Source of the DNA: Eubacteriales bacterium
GTDB lineage: Bacteria > Bacillota > Clostridia > Oscillospirales > CAG-272
DNA length: 64,000 nt
Direction of reading: 5' to 3'
Assembly (NCBI GenBank): GCA_045632405.1
Contig: JAZQWO010000029.1
Coordinates: forward strand, 17,614-81,613
The number at the start of each line of letters is the position of its first letter. The stretch's first letter is position 1. Below, one piece after another: positions 53,097 to 63,533 of this stretch. The notes beneath the pieces were generated by a model. That model was not told where the DNA came from, searched no databases, and saw only the letters and a list, made by a program, of their open reading frames with translations. The position numbers and the translations under genes were made by a program.

Positions 53097-54964
53097 GCTT
53101 TCAATTACCTTTAGGCTTGCTTGGCTTAATCGGCGTTCCGATTTTGATTATCATTTATATAATCAAGAGCAAATTTACCGAGCAAACCGTTTCAGCAACA
53201 TACCTTTGGACACTTAGTGAAAGATTTTTGAAAAAGAAAAGGAAGGATAACAAGCTAACAGGCATTATCAGCTTGATTTTGCAGGTTTTAGCGGTAATTA
53301 TCATTTCTTTGACAATCGCTCAGCCTGTATTTACAATTCCCGGAGCAGCAAATGACTATTATTTCATCTTAGACTCCACAGGAAGCATGAATATTGTCTG
53401 CGAGGACGGCGAAACAAGATTTAACAAGGGCAAAGCTCAAATCCGTGAAATCATTTTGGATTCTATGGATGGCAGTACATACACATTAGTGCGCGTAAGC
53501 GGTGATACAAATACCCTTTTCAAAAACGAGGGTGACAAGGAAAGCGCGCTCAAGCTTCTTGATGAAATCGAGCCAGGCTACGGCGACGAGGATTATTACG
53601 ATGCTCTCACGGAGGCACAGTCCTTTATCCGCGAGAGCAAGGGCGCTGTTACATACCTTATCACCGATAAAAGCTATACAGGTGCTGATAACGTTGAGAT
53701 TATCAATGTTCAGAGCGACTCACAAAACTATGGCTTGTCCGACCTGATACAGGAGCACGCAGTAAACGGTGACCTTACAGTTAACGGTATGGTTGCATCC
53801 TACAAGGGAGACGCAAGACTGAAAATTGAGTTCAGCATTGATGGTGAAAAGGTATCCGAGCAGGAAATTGATGTTGTAAAAAACACACCAAAGGCATTTA
53901 CGTTTGAAGCAAATGTAGAAAGCTATGGTTATGTGACAGTTAAAATTTTGGCAGAGGACTCTCTTGCAACCGACAACGAGGTTACACTCTATAATGTTAA
54001 GAGCGAAAATGCATACAAAACACTCTTGGTAAGTGACACTCCGTTCTTTTTGCAGACTGTTTTAAAGGTAGTCGGAAATGCTGACATCACCGTTATGTCA
54101 ACAGATGACTATAAGAAAAATGAAAGCAAAAAGGATAAGAGCATAGAAGGCTTTGGCCTTTATGTTTTCCATTCCTGCAATCCTGAGTCTGTGCCTGATG
54201 ACGGTAGCGTATGGCTTATCAACACAACAGCCAGCATAGAAAATTCAGGCTTCAACTATCAAGGTGAAATTAAGCTTGACAAGGCAGAGTCCCTTGAAAA
54301 AACTACATCCTCCGCATCCGTTGTCAAGAAGCTCTTGGCAAATGTGAAGGGTGAGGAAATTTATATTTCCAAATATTCAAAATACGATACATATCGTAAC
54401 TTCAATACATTGTTTACTCATAACGGCAACCCTCTTATCTTTACAGGTATGAATATGTACGGTAACCGTGAGGTTGTTTTCGCATTCGACCTTCACAATT
54501 CCGATATGCCACTTTTGACAGACTATGTGTTGCTTGTTAAAAATTTACTAGATTATTCATTCCCTGCGGTAATTGAAAAAACAGATTACATATGTGGGGA
54601 AAATGCACTTGTTAATGTTGTTTCCAATTGCGAAAGCATTCGTGTGGAAAGCCCAAGCGGAAAAATCTCTCATCTTGCACTTACAAGCGCAAGCACAGAG
54701 TTTCTGTTGGATGAGGTAGGCACATACGTTATAAAGGCGACAATAAACGGTGCGGTTAAGGAATTCCACGTTTATTCATCACTTGCAAAAGAGGAGCAGG
54801 TGCCAGTGGTAAATGTGGATGAAAGAATCAGCTTGAGCAAGGATTCGGGCAAGAGCGGCTTGGACGGTATATACGACAAGCTTATCGTGTTCTTCATTTG
54901 CTTGGTAGTTATTATTTCTGCGGATTGGGTGGTGTATTGCTATGACAAGTATCAGCTTCGATAA
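53093..54964 (+). CDS. BatA-like protein: N-terminal double-TM anchor, vWA-like domain and C-terminal TM helix
   Basis: N-terminal LPLGLLGLIGVPILIIIYIIK. MIDAS-like LDSTGSM. Start overlaps the previous stop by 4 nt. Confidence 0.8.
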   Translation: MSFQLPLGLLGLIGVPILIIIYIIKSKFTEQTVSATYLWTLSERFLKKKRKDNKLTGIISLILQVLAVIIISLTIAQPVFTIPGAANDYYFILDSTGSMNIVCEDGETRFNKGKAQIREIILDSMDGSTYTLVRVSGDTNTLFKNEGDKESALKLLDEIEPGYGDEDYYDALTEAQSFIRESKGAVTYLITDKSYTGADNVEIINVQSDSQNYGLSDLIQEHAVNGDLTVNGMVASYKGDARLKIEFSIDGEKVSEQEIDVVKNTPKAFTFEANVESYGYVTVKILAEDSLATDNEVTLYNVKSENAYKTLLVSDTPFFLQTVLKVVGNADITVMSTDDYKKNESKKDKSIEGFGLYVFHSCNPESVPDDGSVWLINTTASIENSGFNYQGEIKLDKAESLEKTTSSASVVKKLLANVKGEEIYISKYSKYDTYRNFNTLFTHNGNPLIFTGMNMYGNREVVFAFDLHNSDMPLLTDYVLLVKNLLDYSFPAVIEKTDYICGENALVNVVSNCESIRVESPSGKISHLALTSASTEFLLDEVGTYVIKATINGAVKEFHVYSSLAKEEQVPVVNVDERISLSKDSGKSGLDGIYDKLIVFFICLVVIISADWVVYCYDKYQLR

Positions 54965-57632
54965 TCCGTATCTACTTTTAATTGCCATTCCTCTTATGGC
55001 GCTTGTTTTTGTTCCTTATTTTATAGCTATAAGGAAGGAAAACAGCAGCGTTTCCACTGTTTTGTCGTTAATCATCCACACTGTTATGGTTATATCTGTT
55101 GCTCTTGCATTTGCAGGACCGCACAAAACAACAGTTAAGACTGAAACAGAGGTTATCGTTGTAGCGGACGTTTCATATTCAACAGATAAGGAGCTTGAGG
55201 CTATTGATGCGCACATCAATAATCTTATGAAGGAAGGCAACCTTCCTCTCAATTCCAAGCTTGGCGTTGTTTGCTTTGCCAAGGATTACAAGATAAACAC
55301 AGAGCTTGGCGCACAGTTTACAACTGTTAAGAATATGGAGCTTGATACAAGCGAAACTGATATTTCATCTGCTCTTGAATATACATCTACATTGTTCTCA
55401 CCTAACGCTATTAAGAGAATAGTTTTGATAACAGACGGTAAGCAAAATGTGGGCGACAAGGAAGCAGGTCTTATCAACTCTATTAAAAATATGGATGCTA
55501 AGGACATCTTGGTTGATGCTATTTATGTGAACAGTAACCTTCAAGCTGGAGAAAAAGAGGTTCAGATAACAAGCATTAACTATGTTTCATCCACATATTT
55601 GAATGTTCCGTCTGTTCTTGAGGTTTTGATTCAGTCAAACACAGATTATATCTATGACGAGAACAATTCAAAGGACAGAAATGATGCCTATATTCACCTC
55701 TACAACAAAGACGGTGTATTAGTTAAGACTGTCACCAAGCAGCTCCAAAGGGGCTTTAACCTCGTTTCCGTTGACCTTGATACAAGCGTTGCGGGCGTTA
55801 TGGACTACAAGGTGGTGGTTGAGGCAAATCATGATAGGTCCACACATAACAATGCAGTTGCATTTACACAGTCAGTAGCCGGAAGACAAAAGGTTTTGCT
55901 TGTCTCTACCTTGAAATCCGATTTCGATAAGGCGAAGCTTCTCTATGGAGAGGATGCGGATATTGATGCTCCGATTGTGGGAAAAAGAAAAGGACCATAC
56001 AAAGTTCCTTATAGTCTTGAGGAGCTTTGCAAATACGATGAGATTATTCTTTCTGATATTGATATAAAGGAAATTGACAATGCAACCGCTTTTGTTGCCA
56101 ACCTTGATATTGCGGTTTCCAAGTTCGGCAAGAGCTTGATTACAGCAGGCAACACCTACATTCAAAATCAAGAGGACAAGATATATAAAACTCTTGAGGA
56201 TATGTTGGCAATTAAGTACGGTAACACAGACGGTGATCCTAAGCTTTATGCTTTGGTAATTGACGGCTCCAGAAGTATGCAGGATGCATATCAGCTCATT
56301 ATGGCAAAGGAGACAGCAATTCATCTTCTTGATATGATGTCCCCGCAGGATTACGTTATGGTAATTGCCTTTTCAGGTGATGTTGCCGTAGTTCAAAGAG
56401 CAACACCTGCAGCATATAAGGAAGAGCTTATTCAGGCTATCAACTCCATTCAGCCATCACAGGGTACGGTTTTGGGCGCAGGCTTGCGCGTTGCTTACGA
56501 GCAAATGAACGGTCAGCCGTTCTATGAAAAACGCGTTATGCTTATCAGTGACGGCCGTTCCTATGCTTCTGTTAACGAAAGAGACGATGCCGTTGCCATA
56601 ACAGCATCAATGTACCGTGCAGGTATTTACACATCCGTTGTTAATACACATAGCCCACAGGGCACAGACCTGTTGACTAAAATTAAGGACGTTGGTCGTG
56701 GTAATTACTACTGGATTGATTCCCCTGAGGATGTCAAGGAAGTGGTTTCCACAGATATTGCTGACGATATGACGGAAACAGTTGTTGAAAAGGATACTCC
56801 TGTTATCATTGAGGACTATAATGACCCGTTGGTATCTGGCATGACAGAGCTTCCCAACATCGGCGGATACTACTACGGCAAGGTGAAATCTAATGCCACC
56901 GTGGTTTTGAGTGTCGATTATAAGAAGCCTAACGGCAGCATACTTAGTGTTCCTGTTTATTCTTACTGGAACTACGGTAACGGTAAGGTAACATCAATTT
57001 CCACCACATTCTCAGGCAACTGGGTTGCAGGCTGGGAAAATGATGCAAACGGCAGAGAAATGTTTGAAAGAATACTTACCACAAACACACCAAAGGAAAG
57101 AATAGATTGCCCATTCAATACTATTATCACCTTTGAGGGTAACGAAGCGCTTTTGGAAATTATTCCTGGTGAAATCAACCCTGATATCGTGGTAGATATT
57201 GAGATAACACCACCAAATGGCGAGCCTGTAACAACAAGAATAGAGTACTATGAGGGTAGCTATTCTATGAAATACAGTGTTGAGGATGTTGGTAAATACC
57301 GTGTTGGCATTAAATATGTTTACGGTGACCAGGTGTTTGAAACAAGCACAGCCTTTGACCATTCTTATAAAGACGAGTACAATAGCTTCGAGCTCTTTGA
57401 TTCTGCTACATTGTATAACGCCATTGGAAATAACGGTAAGGTTATTGAACAGGGCGAATTGAAGCTGGAAAATGACGAAAACGACGTTGAAACATATGTT
57501 TTCTATTACACAGCTCGACTGATGATTTTGGCAGTGGCTCTCTATGTAATTGATATTATAATCAGAAAGCTCAAATGGAGTGACATTAAGAGCTTGTTTG
57601 GAAAAGGTAAAGCAGGAGGTAAGGCAAGATGA
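54942..57632 (+). CDS. Membrane protein with two vWA domains
   Basis: MIDAS motifs VVADVSYST and LVIDGSRSM, with N- and C-terminal TM helices. Overlaps the upstream gene by 23 nt. Confidence 0.8.
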   Translation: MTSISFDNPYLLLIAIPLMALVFVPYFIAIRKENSSVSTVLSLIIHTVMVISVALAFAGPHKTTVKTETEVIVVADVSYSTDKELEAIDAHINNLMKEGNLPLNSKLGVVCFAKDYKINTELGAQFTTVKNMELDTSETDISSALEYTSTLFSPNAIKRIVLITDGKQNVGDKEAGLINSIKNMDAKDILVDAIYVNSNLQAGEKEVQITSINYVSSTYLNVPSVLEVLIQSNTDYIYDENNSKDRNDAYIHLYNKDGVLVKTVTKQLQRGFNLVSVDLDTSVAGVMDYKVVVEANHDRSTHNNAVAFTQSVAGRQKVLLVSTLKSDFDKAKLLYGEDADIDAPIVGKRKGPYKVPYSLEELCKYDEIILSDIDIKEIDNATAFVANLDIAVSKFGKSLITAGNTYIQNQEDKIYKTLEDMLAIKYGNTDGDPKLYALVIDGSRSMQDAYQLIMAKETAIHLLDMMSPQDYVMVIAFSGDVAVVQRATPAAYKEELIQAINSIQPSQGTVLGAGLRVAYEQMNGQPFYEKRVMLISDGRSYASVNERDDAVAITASMYRAGIYTSVVNTHSPQGTDLLTKIKDVGRGNYYWIDSPEDVKEVVSTDIADDMTETVVEKDTPVIIEDYNDPLVSGMTELPNIGGYYYGKVKSNATVVLSVDYKKPNGSILSVPVYSYWNYGNGKVTSISTTFSGNWVAGWENDANGREMFERILTTNTPKERIDCPFNTIITFEGNEALLEIIPGEINPDIVVDIEITPPNGEPVTTRIEYYEGSYSMKYSVEDVGKYRVGIKYVYGDQVFETSTAFDHSYKDEYNSFELFDSATLYNAIGNNGKVIEQGELKLENDENDVETYVFYYTARLMILAVALYVIDIIIRKLKWSDIKSLFGKGKAGGKAR

Positions 57633-59338
57633 AAAGAATAATAGCATTTATCTTGGTGATGCTCCTTGTGCTATCTATGATTAGCTGTGGCGGTGATGTT
57701 GTGGAAAGCAGTAGCTCAACCACTCCGTCAAGCAGTGACACATCCACCACGGATTCAAGCAAGAACGATGATACAAATGACAAGGACAACGAGGATGAGG
57801 AAATTGTTTTCCGTGTATATCTTGAGTATAACGGAGAAGCATTTACTTCGAGCTCCGATGTTCCTATTGTAGTAACCTGGAGTGACGGCATTTCCTATGT
57901 GAATGCCAATGTTGACAAGGACGGTATGGCGTCTGTTATCGGCTTGGACGGTGACTATGATGTAACCTTGAAGAATTTACCTGAGGGCTACACATATAAC
58001 CCAAACATTTACCGAGCTACAAACGATACTCCCGAAATTGTTATCGACATTTATAAGCTGGGCACATCAAAGGGCTCAGGAACAGGAGTTTATTCTCCAA
58101 ACAGAAAGGTACTTACAAAAACAAGCATGTACAGGGCAACCCTGACAAGCGACAACCAAAAGATTTATTTTGAATTTGCACCAAAGGCAAGCGGAACATA
58201 TACAATTGAGTCCTGGTTGCCTATCACAGATGATAAAATCAATCCTAAAATCGATGTTTACTCAAGCAATTCAGCAGCTCCTATGTTCCAATACACATTG
58301 GATTCAGGCGGAGCAGAGGGCAAAAACTACACCAAAAACTTTAAGTACGAGGTGGAAATTGCCGACGAAATGATTTCCTTGAGTGGCGGTCAGGTTGTGT
58401 TTATCTTTGCAATTTATACAACTGCAAGAAATGATAAATATTATCCTGTCAATGTTGATTTTGCTGTTCAGTACGAGGGCGGCTTCGAGATTAACCGTCC
58501 CGACTCCAACTATGTTATGCCTGAGCAGATGTATGCTAAAATGGGCGAGGTAGTTAAGGAAATGAAATCACTCAGTCGTGATGAGTTTATGTCAAAGTAT
58601 AGCGTTAGCGGATACGAGGAGTATTATGGCGAAGCATATGCTGATATTCAAAGGCTGACAAACCTTGACCTTGAGGATGCAATTTCCTTGAACGTATTGT
58701 TCAATGCTCATCCATTTATCAGATCAATAGCATCTGCGCATTATAAGAGCTATTTGAATGGCTATTATGATGATATAGAGGGTAAAACCTGGCAGAATCC
58801 ATCAACCGTAATTAACGGAAGAACTGTTTTCATTGGTACTAACTATAAATTCAATGATAATACAGGCTTCTACCATAAATATGATGAAACAAAGTATGCA
58901 AGCGACCCGTATGGCTATGGCGAAGGCTTTGGTCCAATTCTTTATGCGGACATCAGCACAGCTGCGAGAACCGGCGTTTTGGACACCGCCTTTATAGCAA
59001 TTGAGTATATTGGTAATAAGGCACTTCTTGTTAGCAACGGAACAGAGTATTATAAGCTCTTTATTGAAGGCTACGAGAACGTTCAGTCAATGTCACAGTC
59101 AACCTATGGCGGTGAAATGGACATACCAGAGGAGCTGAAAAACACCTATGGCTACAATGATTTTGTAAACAAGGATGGAGCAGTTCCCGTAAACCGTGAG
59201 GTTCATGATTTCTTGCAGAAATATTCTGTTTCACAGGTACTCTTTATGGACGGTGACGGATGGGCAGAAACAGGCACCATACCATATGAATCAACAGAGG
59301 ATGACCAATGGCTCTTTGCTTGCGGTTATTATGAATAA
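57629..59338 (+). CDS. Lipoprotein, unknown function, last gene of the MoxR operon
   Basis: Lipobox SMISCGG and a Ser/Asp-rich linker. Overlaps the upstream stop by 4 nt. Confidence 0.7.
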   Translation: MKRIIAFILVMLLVLSMISCGGDVVESSSSTTPSSSDTSTTDSSKNDDTNDKDNEDEEIVFRVYLEYNGEAFTSSSDVPIVVTWSDGISYVNANVDKDGMASVIGLDGDYDVTLKNLPEGYTYNPNIYRATNDTPEIVIDIYKLGTSKGSGTGVYSPNRKVLTKTSMYRATLTSDNQKIYFEFAPKASGTYTIESWLPITDDKINPKIDVYSSNSAAPMFQYTLDSGGAEGKNYTKNFKYEVEIADEMISLSGGQVVFIFAIYTTARNDKYYPVNVDFAVQYEGGFEINRPDSNYVMPEQMYAKMGEVVKEMKSLSRDEFMSKYSVSGYEEYYGEAYADIQRLTNLDLEDAISLNVLFNAHPFIRSIASAHYKSYLNGYYDDIEGKTWQNPSTVINGRTVFIGTNYKFNDNTGFYHKYDETKYASDPYGYGEGFGPILYADISTAARTGVLDTAFIAIEYIGNKALLVSNGTEYYKLFIEGYENVQSMSQSTYGGEMDIPEELKNTYGYNDFVNKDGAVPVNREVHDFLQKYSVSQVLFMDGDGWAETGTIPYESTEDDQWLFACGYYE

Positions 59339-59359
59339 TTAAAATTTAAAATAGCTCAT

Positions 59360-59386
59360 GTCAAAAGCGTGAAAAACGCTTTTGAC
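59360..59386 (+). terminator. Hairpin after the lipoprotein gene (weak terminator candidate)
   Basis: GTCAAAAGCGT / ACGCTTTTGAC, an 11-bp stem with no trailing T run. Confidence 0.35.
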
Positions 59387-59497
59387 GGGGCGAAATATCG
59401 TTAGTTAATAATTCACAGAACGGGGCAAGTGCCAAGCCCCGATCGCTGGAATATTATAAATTGTTGTATTATTTTATTAGAAGGAGGACGCTAAATA

Positions 59498-62400
59498 ATG
59501 AAAAGATTTTTATATTTAGCATTGTGTTTTATCATCGCTTGCGCAATGACTCTTTGCTTTGTAGCATGCGGCGACGAAACACCGGAAAGCACTGCAAGTA
59601 GCGCAGATACTAACAGCTCTGACACTACAAGCAGCACAAGTGGAACAGGCACCTCTTCAGGTGACACAACAAGCTCCACAGAACAACCACAACCACCCGC
59701 TCACGAGCATACATATGAGGATGTTCTTTCATATGATGAAAATGAGCACTTCTACAAGGCAAACTGTGAGCACACAGATGAGAAGAAGGATGCTGAAGCG
59801 CATACCTTTAACAAGATCACAGGCTTCTGCGTATGCGGCTATTACACTGAGCCAAGCATAACAGATGCTCTTGAGTCTATTCTCGCTAACAGAGATTCTG
59901 TTACAAGCGGCACAATTGTTGACTTTACAGACAACAAGGAATTCAACGTGAAGACAACAGCAACATATACATATTCATTCTATGACAATTATGTATATAT
60001 CAAGGAAGAGAGCGACTATTTGAACGAGTACTACTATGCATATGACAAAAACGGCAGCGTTTTTGGTGTTGTAGTACAAACAACAGAGTATAGCTCATTT
60101 GTTAACCGTGACGATGCTGCGTATGAAGATAATATGAACGGTCCGCTCCTTAACTTTAACTTCATAGGCGACAATGAAAACAATGCATATGGCGCTGAGG
60201 AGCTCATTTCTGCTCTTTATGAAATGGCAGCTGAAAACGTAAACGGTGACTTCTTCTCCGCACACGTTGAAGGTATGTTTACATTCGGCTTTGGTGTTCG
60301 TGTATTTGACGATTACCTTAACAACTTCTACGTTATAGCAGTAGCGTTTGAGGCTGATGGTGAAACAGGCGCACTTAAAAATGGTGCGGTTGTTGTTGAA
60401 AAGTATGCACAGACTAAGTACACAGAGGTTGACGGCTTGTTCGTTTTGAACGAGGGCGAAACACCAAACGCAACAACAACAATTGCTATTGCTCAGACAC
60501 AGGATGCTCTTGAAGAGAGCGAAAACCCATACGATCCTAGCAAGATTCTTGTTGATAGCTTCATTGTAACTGATGCACAGGGCGTTGATATTGAAGAGAC
60601 AACTATCAGAGTTGAAGCAGGCGGACAGATCAAGATTAAGTTCGCTAACATCGCACCTGAAACAGCTTTGTTCAGCCTTTGCACAACAGGCGTTGAAATT
60701 GTTAACAATGAGGATGGCACATCACCCGGATTCTTCCCATGGTTTAACTCATATGACAATTCTTATTCATTTAACATAAGCGATCCTGGCTCATATACAA
60801 TGACAGTATTTGTTGACGATATCGAGGTTGTAACAACAATTGAGGTTGCACTTAAGGTTCCAACAGCTATCTCCACACAGGTATATGATTCAGATATGAC
60901 AATTTTCAACAAGACAACAAAGGCAACTGTATATGCAGGCGCACCACTTTATTTGATGTCTTATGTTGATCCTGATTATGATGGCGCATATGTAGCAGAG
61001 CTTGTTGGCGAAGCAACAGGTGCTACATTAGAGGCTGCTGAGCTTGATGGCGTGGCTTGCACGTTGTTCAAGGCACAGACAGTAGGCACATACCAGGTTA
61101 AGGTTACATCTACTGTTAAGTCAAGCTTGAGCGCAACACTTACAATCACAGTTGAAGAGGCACCTTCACTTGATACATTGCTTTCAGGCGAGTACATTGG
61201 CAGAGATGAATTTGCTATGACCCCTGTAAAGGTTACATTTGATAGCGCAGCTAAGACAGCAGAGGTTGTATATACAGATGCTCTTAACGGCGACTTGACA
61301 GCAACAATTTCATTTACAACAGAAAATGGCTTTGAGTACACATTGACAAGCGGCGACGACTTCATCGAAGAGTTCTACATCTCCGAAAGCTATGAGCTCG
61401 TTATCGTTATCTATGGTGAAAAGTATGTTCTTGAGGCTGTTGCAAAGGATATTGTAGCAACAGGTACAATCGTTGTTGAAGACGTTATAAACAACGGCAA
61501 GGACAGCGCTACATACACATTTGAGCTTGACGCTGACGGCAAGTTCACATTCTATAAGGCTGGTGTTGCAACAACCGAAATCTCTATCAGAGACGACGGA
61601 ACAGGCTATGCATTCAAGTTCCCGGGTGCTGGCTTTGAGCTCGCCCTTACAAAGACAAGCGGTGAAGAAGGCTTGGCAGGTAGCTATGCCGGAAACTTTG
61701 GAAACTTTGGCTTGATTGCAAATGTTACAATTACAGTAGATGCTGAGGAACAGCCTGTTAAGGAATCCACAACAGGTACTCTTATCGTTGCGCATCTTGA
61801 CAACAATGGTAAGTACAGCGGAACATACACATATGAAATCGTTGACGGCGCATTCGTATTCTATAAGGATGGCGCAGTAACAACAGACGTTTCTCTCACA
61901 GGCTCTGAGGGAGTTTACTCCTTCAAGTTCCAGGGCGTAGGTACTGCTCAGATTCTTGAAAAGACATCTGGCGAAGAGGGTACATTGGCAGGTGTATATA
62001 AGTGTGCAATGAACCTCGAAACAATGAGCTTCCACGTTGCAAACGTAACAATCACTCCTGACCCTGTTGATGATGGTGGCGATGAGCCAGCAGGCGAGCT
62101 TACAACAGGTACACTTGAATTCGTTGACAACAACAAAAATGCAAATTCCGGTACATTCACATACGCAATTGTAGATGGCGTATTTGTTTTCTATAAGGAT
62201 GGCGCAGTAACAACTGACATTATCATCACAATGAATCCAGACGGCACATACACATTCCAGTCCTTAAGCTGTTTAAAGCCACAGCCAATGGTTAAGGTTG
62301 AAGGCGAGGAAGGCGTTTTGGCTGGTAAGTACAACGTTAACTTTGTAATGGACGGTATGTACGTTCTCACATTCACTCCAGGCGAGATTGAACTCCCAAC

Positions 62401-63352
62401 TCCACCTGCAGAGAAGGAAACAGGTAAGCTCACTATCGTTGATAACAACAACGGTGCAGTTTCTGGTACATACACATATGAAGTAGTTGATGGCACATTC
62501 ATTATCTACAAGGATGGAACTGAAACATCAGACGTTATCATAACAATTGGACTTGATGGAAATTCATATACCTTCCAGGCTGTTAATTTGAAGTTGCCTC
62601 AGACACTTGTTAAGGTTGACGGCGAAGACGGCGTTCTTGCTGGTAAATATAATGTAAACTTCCCAACCGCTGCTACATATGTTCTTACATTCACTCCTGA
62701 CGGAGAAGATGTTGGCGGCGACGAAGGCGACGACGGAGATGACCCTGTAGTTGAAAGCACAGAGCTTGTTCTCGGCGACAACGCAGTTAGCGTTCCTGCA
62801 GGCGGTTGGGGTACTGATATCCCATTCACATCTGCTGAGGGTGGCAAGTTCACAATCAGTGCAGCAGCTGGCGAAACAAACGCAGTTGTAGTTGTGTTCT
62901 TGGCTGACGGTACTGCTGAAATGGTTACATTACCATACACATTTGAGGCTGCAGCAGGCGAGACAGTTACATTCAATATTTGTCCTGATAACTATGAAGA
63001 GGATGTAATTAATCTTGTAATTGCAGTTGCAGAAGAAGGTGGCAACAGTGGTAGCGAAGGCGGTTCTGCTACAGACGGTACATATTATGCTGCTCATGAT
63101 AATGGAACAACTGTAACTATGGTATTTACCAATACCACTGCTACATCAGGCGACATTTTCCTTACAAGAACTACTTCTTGGGGTACAACACAAGAGGTTT
63201 ATATGACATATGTCGTAGTTGATGGCGTTGTAACTCTTGCAGGTGCGAACGGTTCAAGCGTACCTTACGGTGCAGTTTTGACTGTTGGTGCAGATGGCAC
63301 ACCACTTACATACACATATAGTGGCGCAACATATGAGCTTGTAAAGCAGTAA
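59498..63352 (+). CDS. 1284-aa lipoprotein with four tandem repeats of about 105-110 aa
   Basis: RBS AGAAGGAGGA. Lipobox FVACGD and a Ser/Thr-rich linker. The repeat core is TGTL.....N.G..SGTYTYE.VDG.F.FYKDG..T.D.... Confidence 0.8.
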   Translation: MKRFLYLALCFIIACAMTLCFVACGDETPESTASSADTNSSDTTSSTSGTGTSSGDTTSSTEQPQPPAHEHTYEDVLSYDENEHFYKANCEHTDEKKDAEAHTFNKITGFCVCGYYTEPSITDALESILANRDSVTSGTIVDFTDNKEFNVKTTATYTYSFYDNYVYIKEESDYLNEYYYAYDKNGSVFGVVVQTTEYSSFVNRDDAAYEDNMNGPLLNFNFIGDNENNAYGAEELISALYEMAAENVNGDFFSAHVEGMFTFGFGVRVFDDYLNNFYVIAVAFEADGETGALKNGAVVVEKYAQTKYTEVDGLFVLNEGETPNATTTIAIAQTQDALEESENPYDPSKILVDSFIVTDAQGVDIEETTIRVEAGGQIKIKFANIAPETALFSLCTTGVEIVNNEDGTSPGFFPWFNSYDNSYSFNISDPGSYTMTVFVDDIEVVTTIEVALKVPTAISTQVYDSDMTIFNKTTKATVYAGAPLYLMSYVDPDYDGAYVAELVGEATGATLEAAELDGVACTLFKAQTVGTYQVKVTSTVKSSLSATLTITVEEAPSLDTLLSGEYIGRDEFAMTPVKVTFDSAAKTAEVVYTDALNGDLTATISFTTENGFEYTLTSGDDFIEEFYISESYELVIVIYGEKYVLEAVAKDIVATGTIVVEDVINNGKDSATYTFELDADGKFTFYKAGVATTEISIRDDGTGYAFKFPGAGFELALTKTSGEEGLAGSYAGNFGNFGLIANVTITVDAEEQPVKESTTGTLIVAHLDNNGKYSGTYTYEIVDGAFVFYKDGAVTTDVSLTGSEGVYSFKFQGVGTAQILEKTSGEEGTLAGVYKCAMNLETMSFHVANVTITPDPVDDGGDEPAGELTTGTLEFVDNNKNANSGTFTYAIVDGVFVFYKDGAVTTDIIITMNPDGTYTFQSLSCLKPQPMVKVEGEEGVLAGKYNVNFVMDGMYVLTFTPGEIELPTPPAEKETGKLTIVDNNNGAVSGTYTYEVVDGTFIIYKDGTETSDVIITIGLDGNSYTFQAVNLKLPQTLVKVDGEDGVLAGKYNVNFPTAATYVLTFTPDGEDVGGDEGDDGDDPVVESTELVLGDNAVSVPAGGWGTDIPFTSAEGGKFTISAAAGETNAVVVVFLADGTAEMVTLPYTFEAAAGETVTFNICPDNYEEDVINLVIAVAEEGGNSGSEGGSATDGTYYAAHDNGTTVTMVFTNTTATSGDIFLTRTTSWGTTQEVYMTYVVVDGVVTLAGANGSSVPYGAVLTVGADGTPLTYTYSGATYELVKQ
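61450..62720 (+). repeat. Intragenic tandem repeats (4 units of about 312-330 bp)
   Basis: TTCTATAAGGATGGCGCAGTAACAAC is identical at 61859-61884 and 62189-62214. Related cores lie near 61547 and 62503. Confidence 0.75.
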
Positions 63353-63367
63353 GCTATATTCTATAAC

Positions 63368-63405
63368 AAAAAACACTCGTGTCCGAAAACACGAGTGTTT
63401 TTTTT
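63368..63405 (+). terminator. Rho-independent terminator
   Basis: CACTCGTG tccgaaaa CACGAGTG followed by T8. Confidence 0.85.
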
Positions 63406-63474
63406 GTATGTGCTATTGCGCTTTGTGCAACACGACAAATTCGCAAAAAAATCGCAAAGCAGTATTGTGTAATA

Positions 63475-63504
63475 TTGACAATGACACTTATTCTATGCTA
63501 TAAT
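63475..63504 (+). promoter_or_regulatory. Sigma-A type promoter (extended -10)
   Basis: TTGACA (63475-80), 18 nt, TGCTATAAT (63496-63504). Confidence 0.6.
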
Positions 63505-63533
63505 ATAAAAAAATAAAATAAGGAGATCTTTTT

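Noticed and set aside
51209-57632. MoxR-vWA module as an anti-phage or conflict system
   Set aside because: The architecture is the housekeeping Bat-type (MoxR, DUF58, BatA-like anchors, TM-anchored vWA proteins). It has no effector, NTPase-sensor or VMAP-type domains, and there is no mobile-element context.
59360-59497. Small RNA in the gap before the 1284-aa lipoprotein gene (hairpins GTCAAAAGCGT/ACGCTTTTGAC and GGGGC...GCCCC)
   Set aside because: There are only two generic hairpins, no promoter-like sequence and no T tract. They are most simply explained as a weak terminator or processing site plus UTR.
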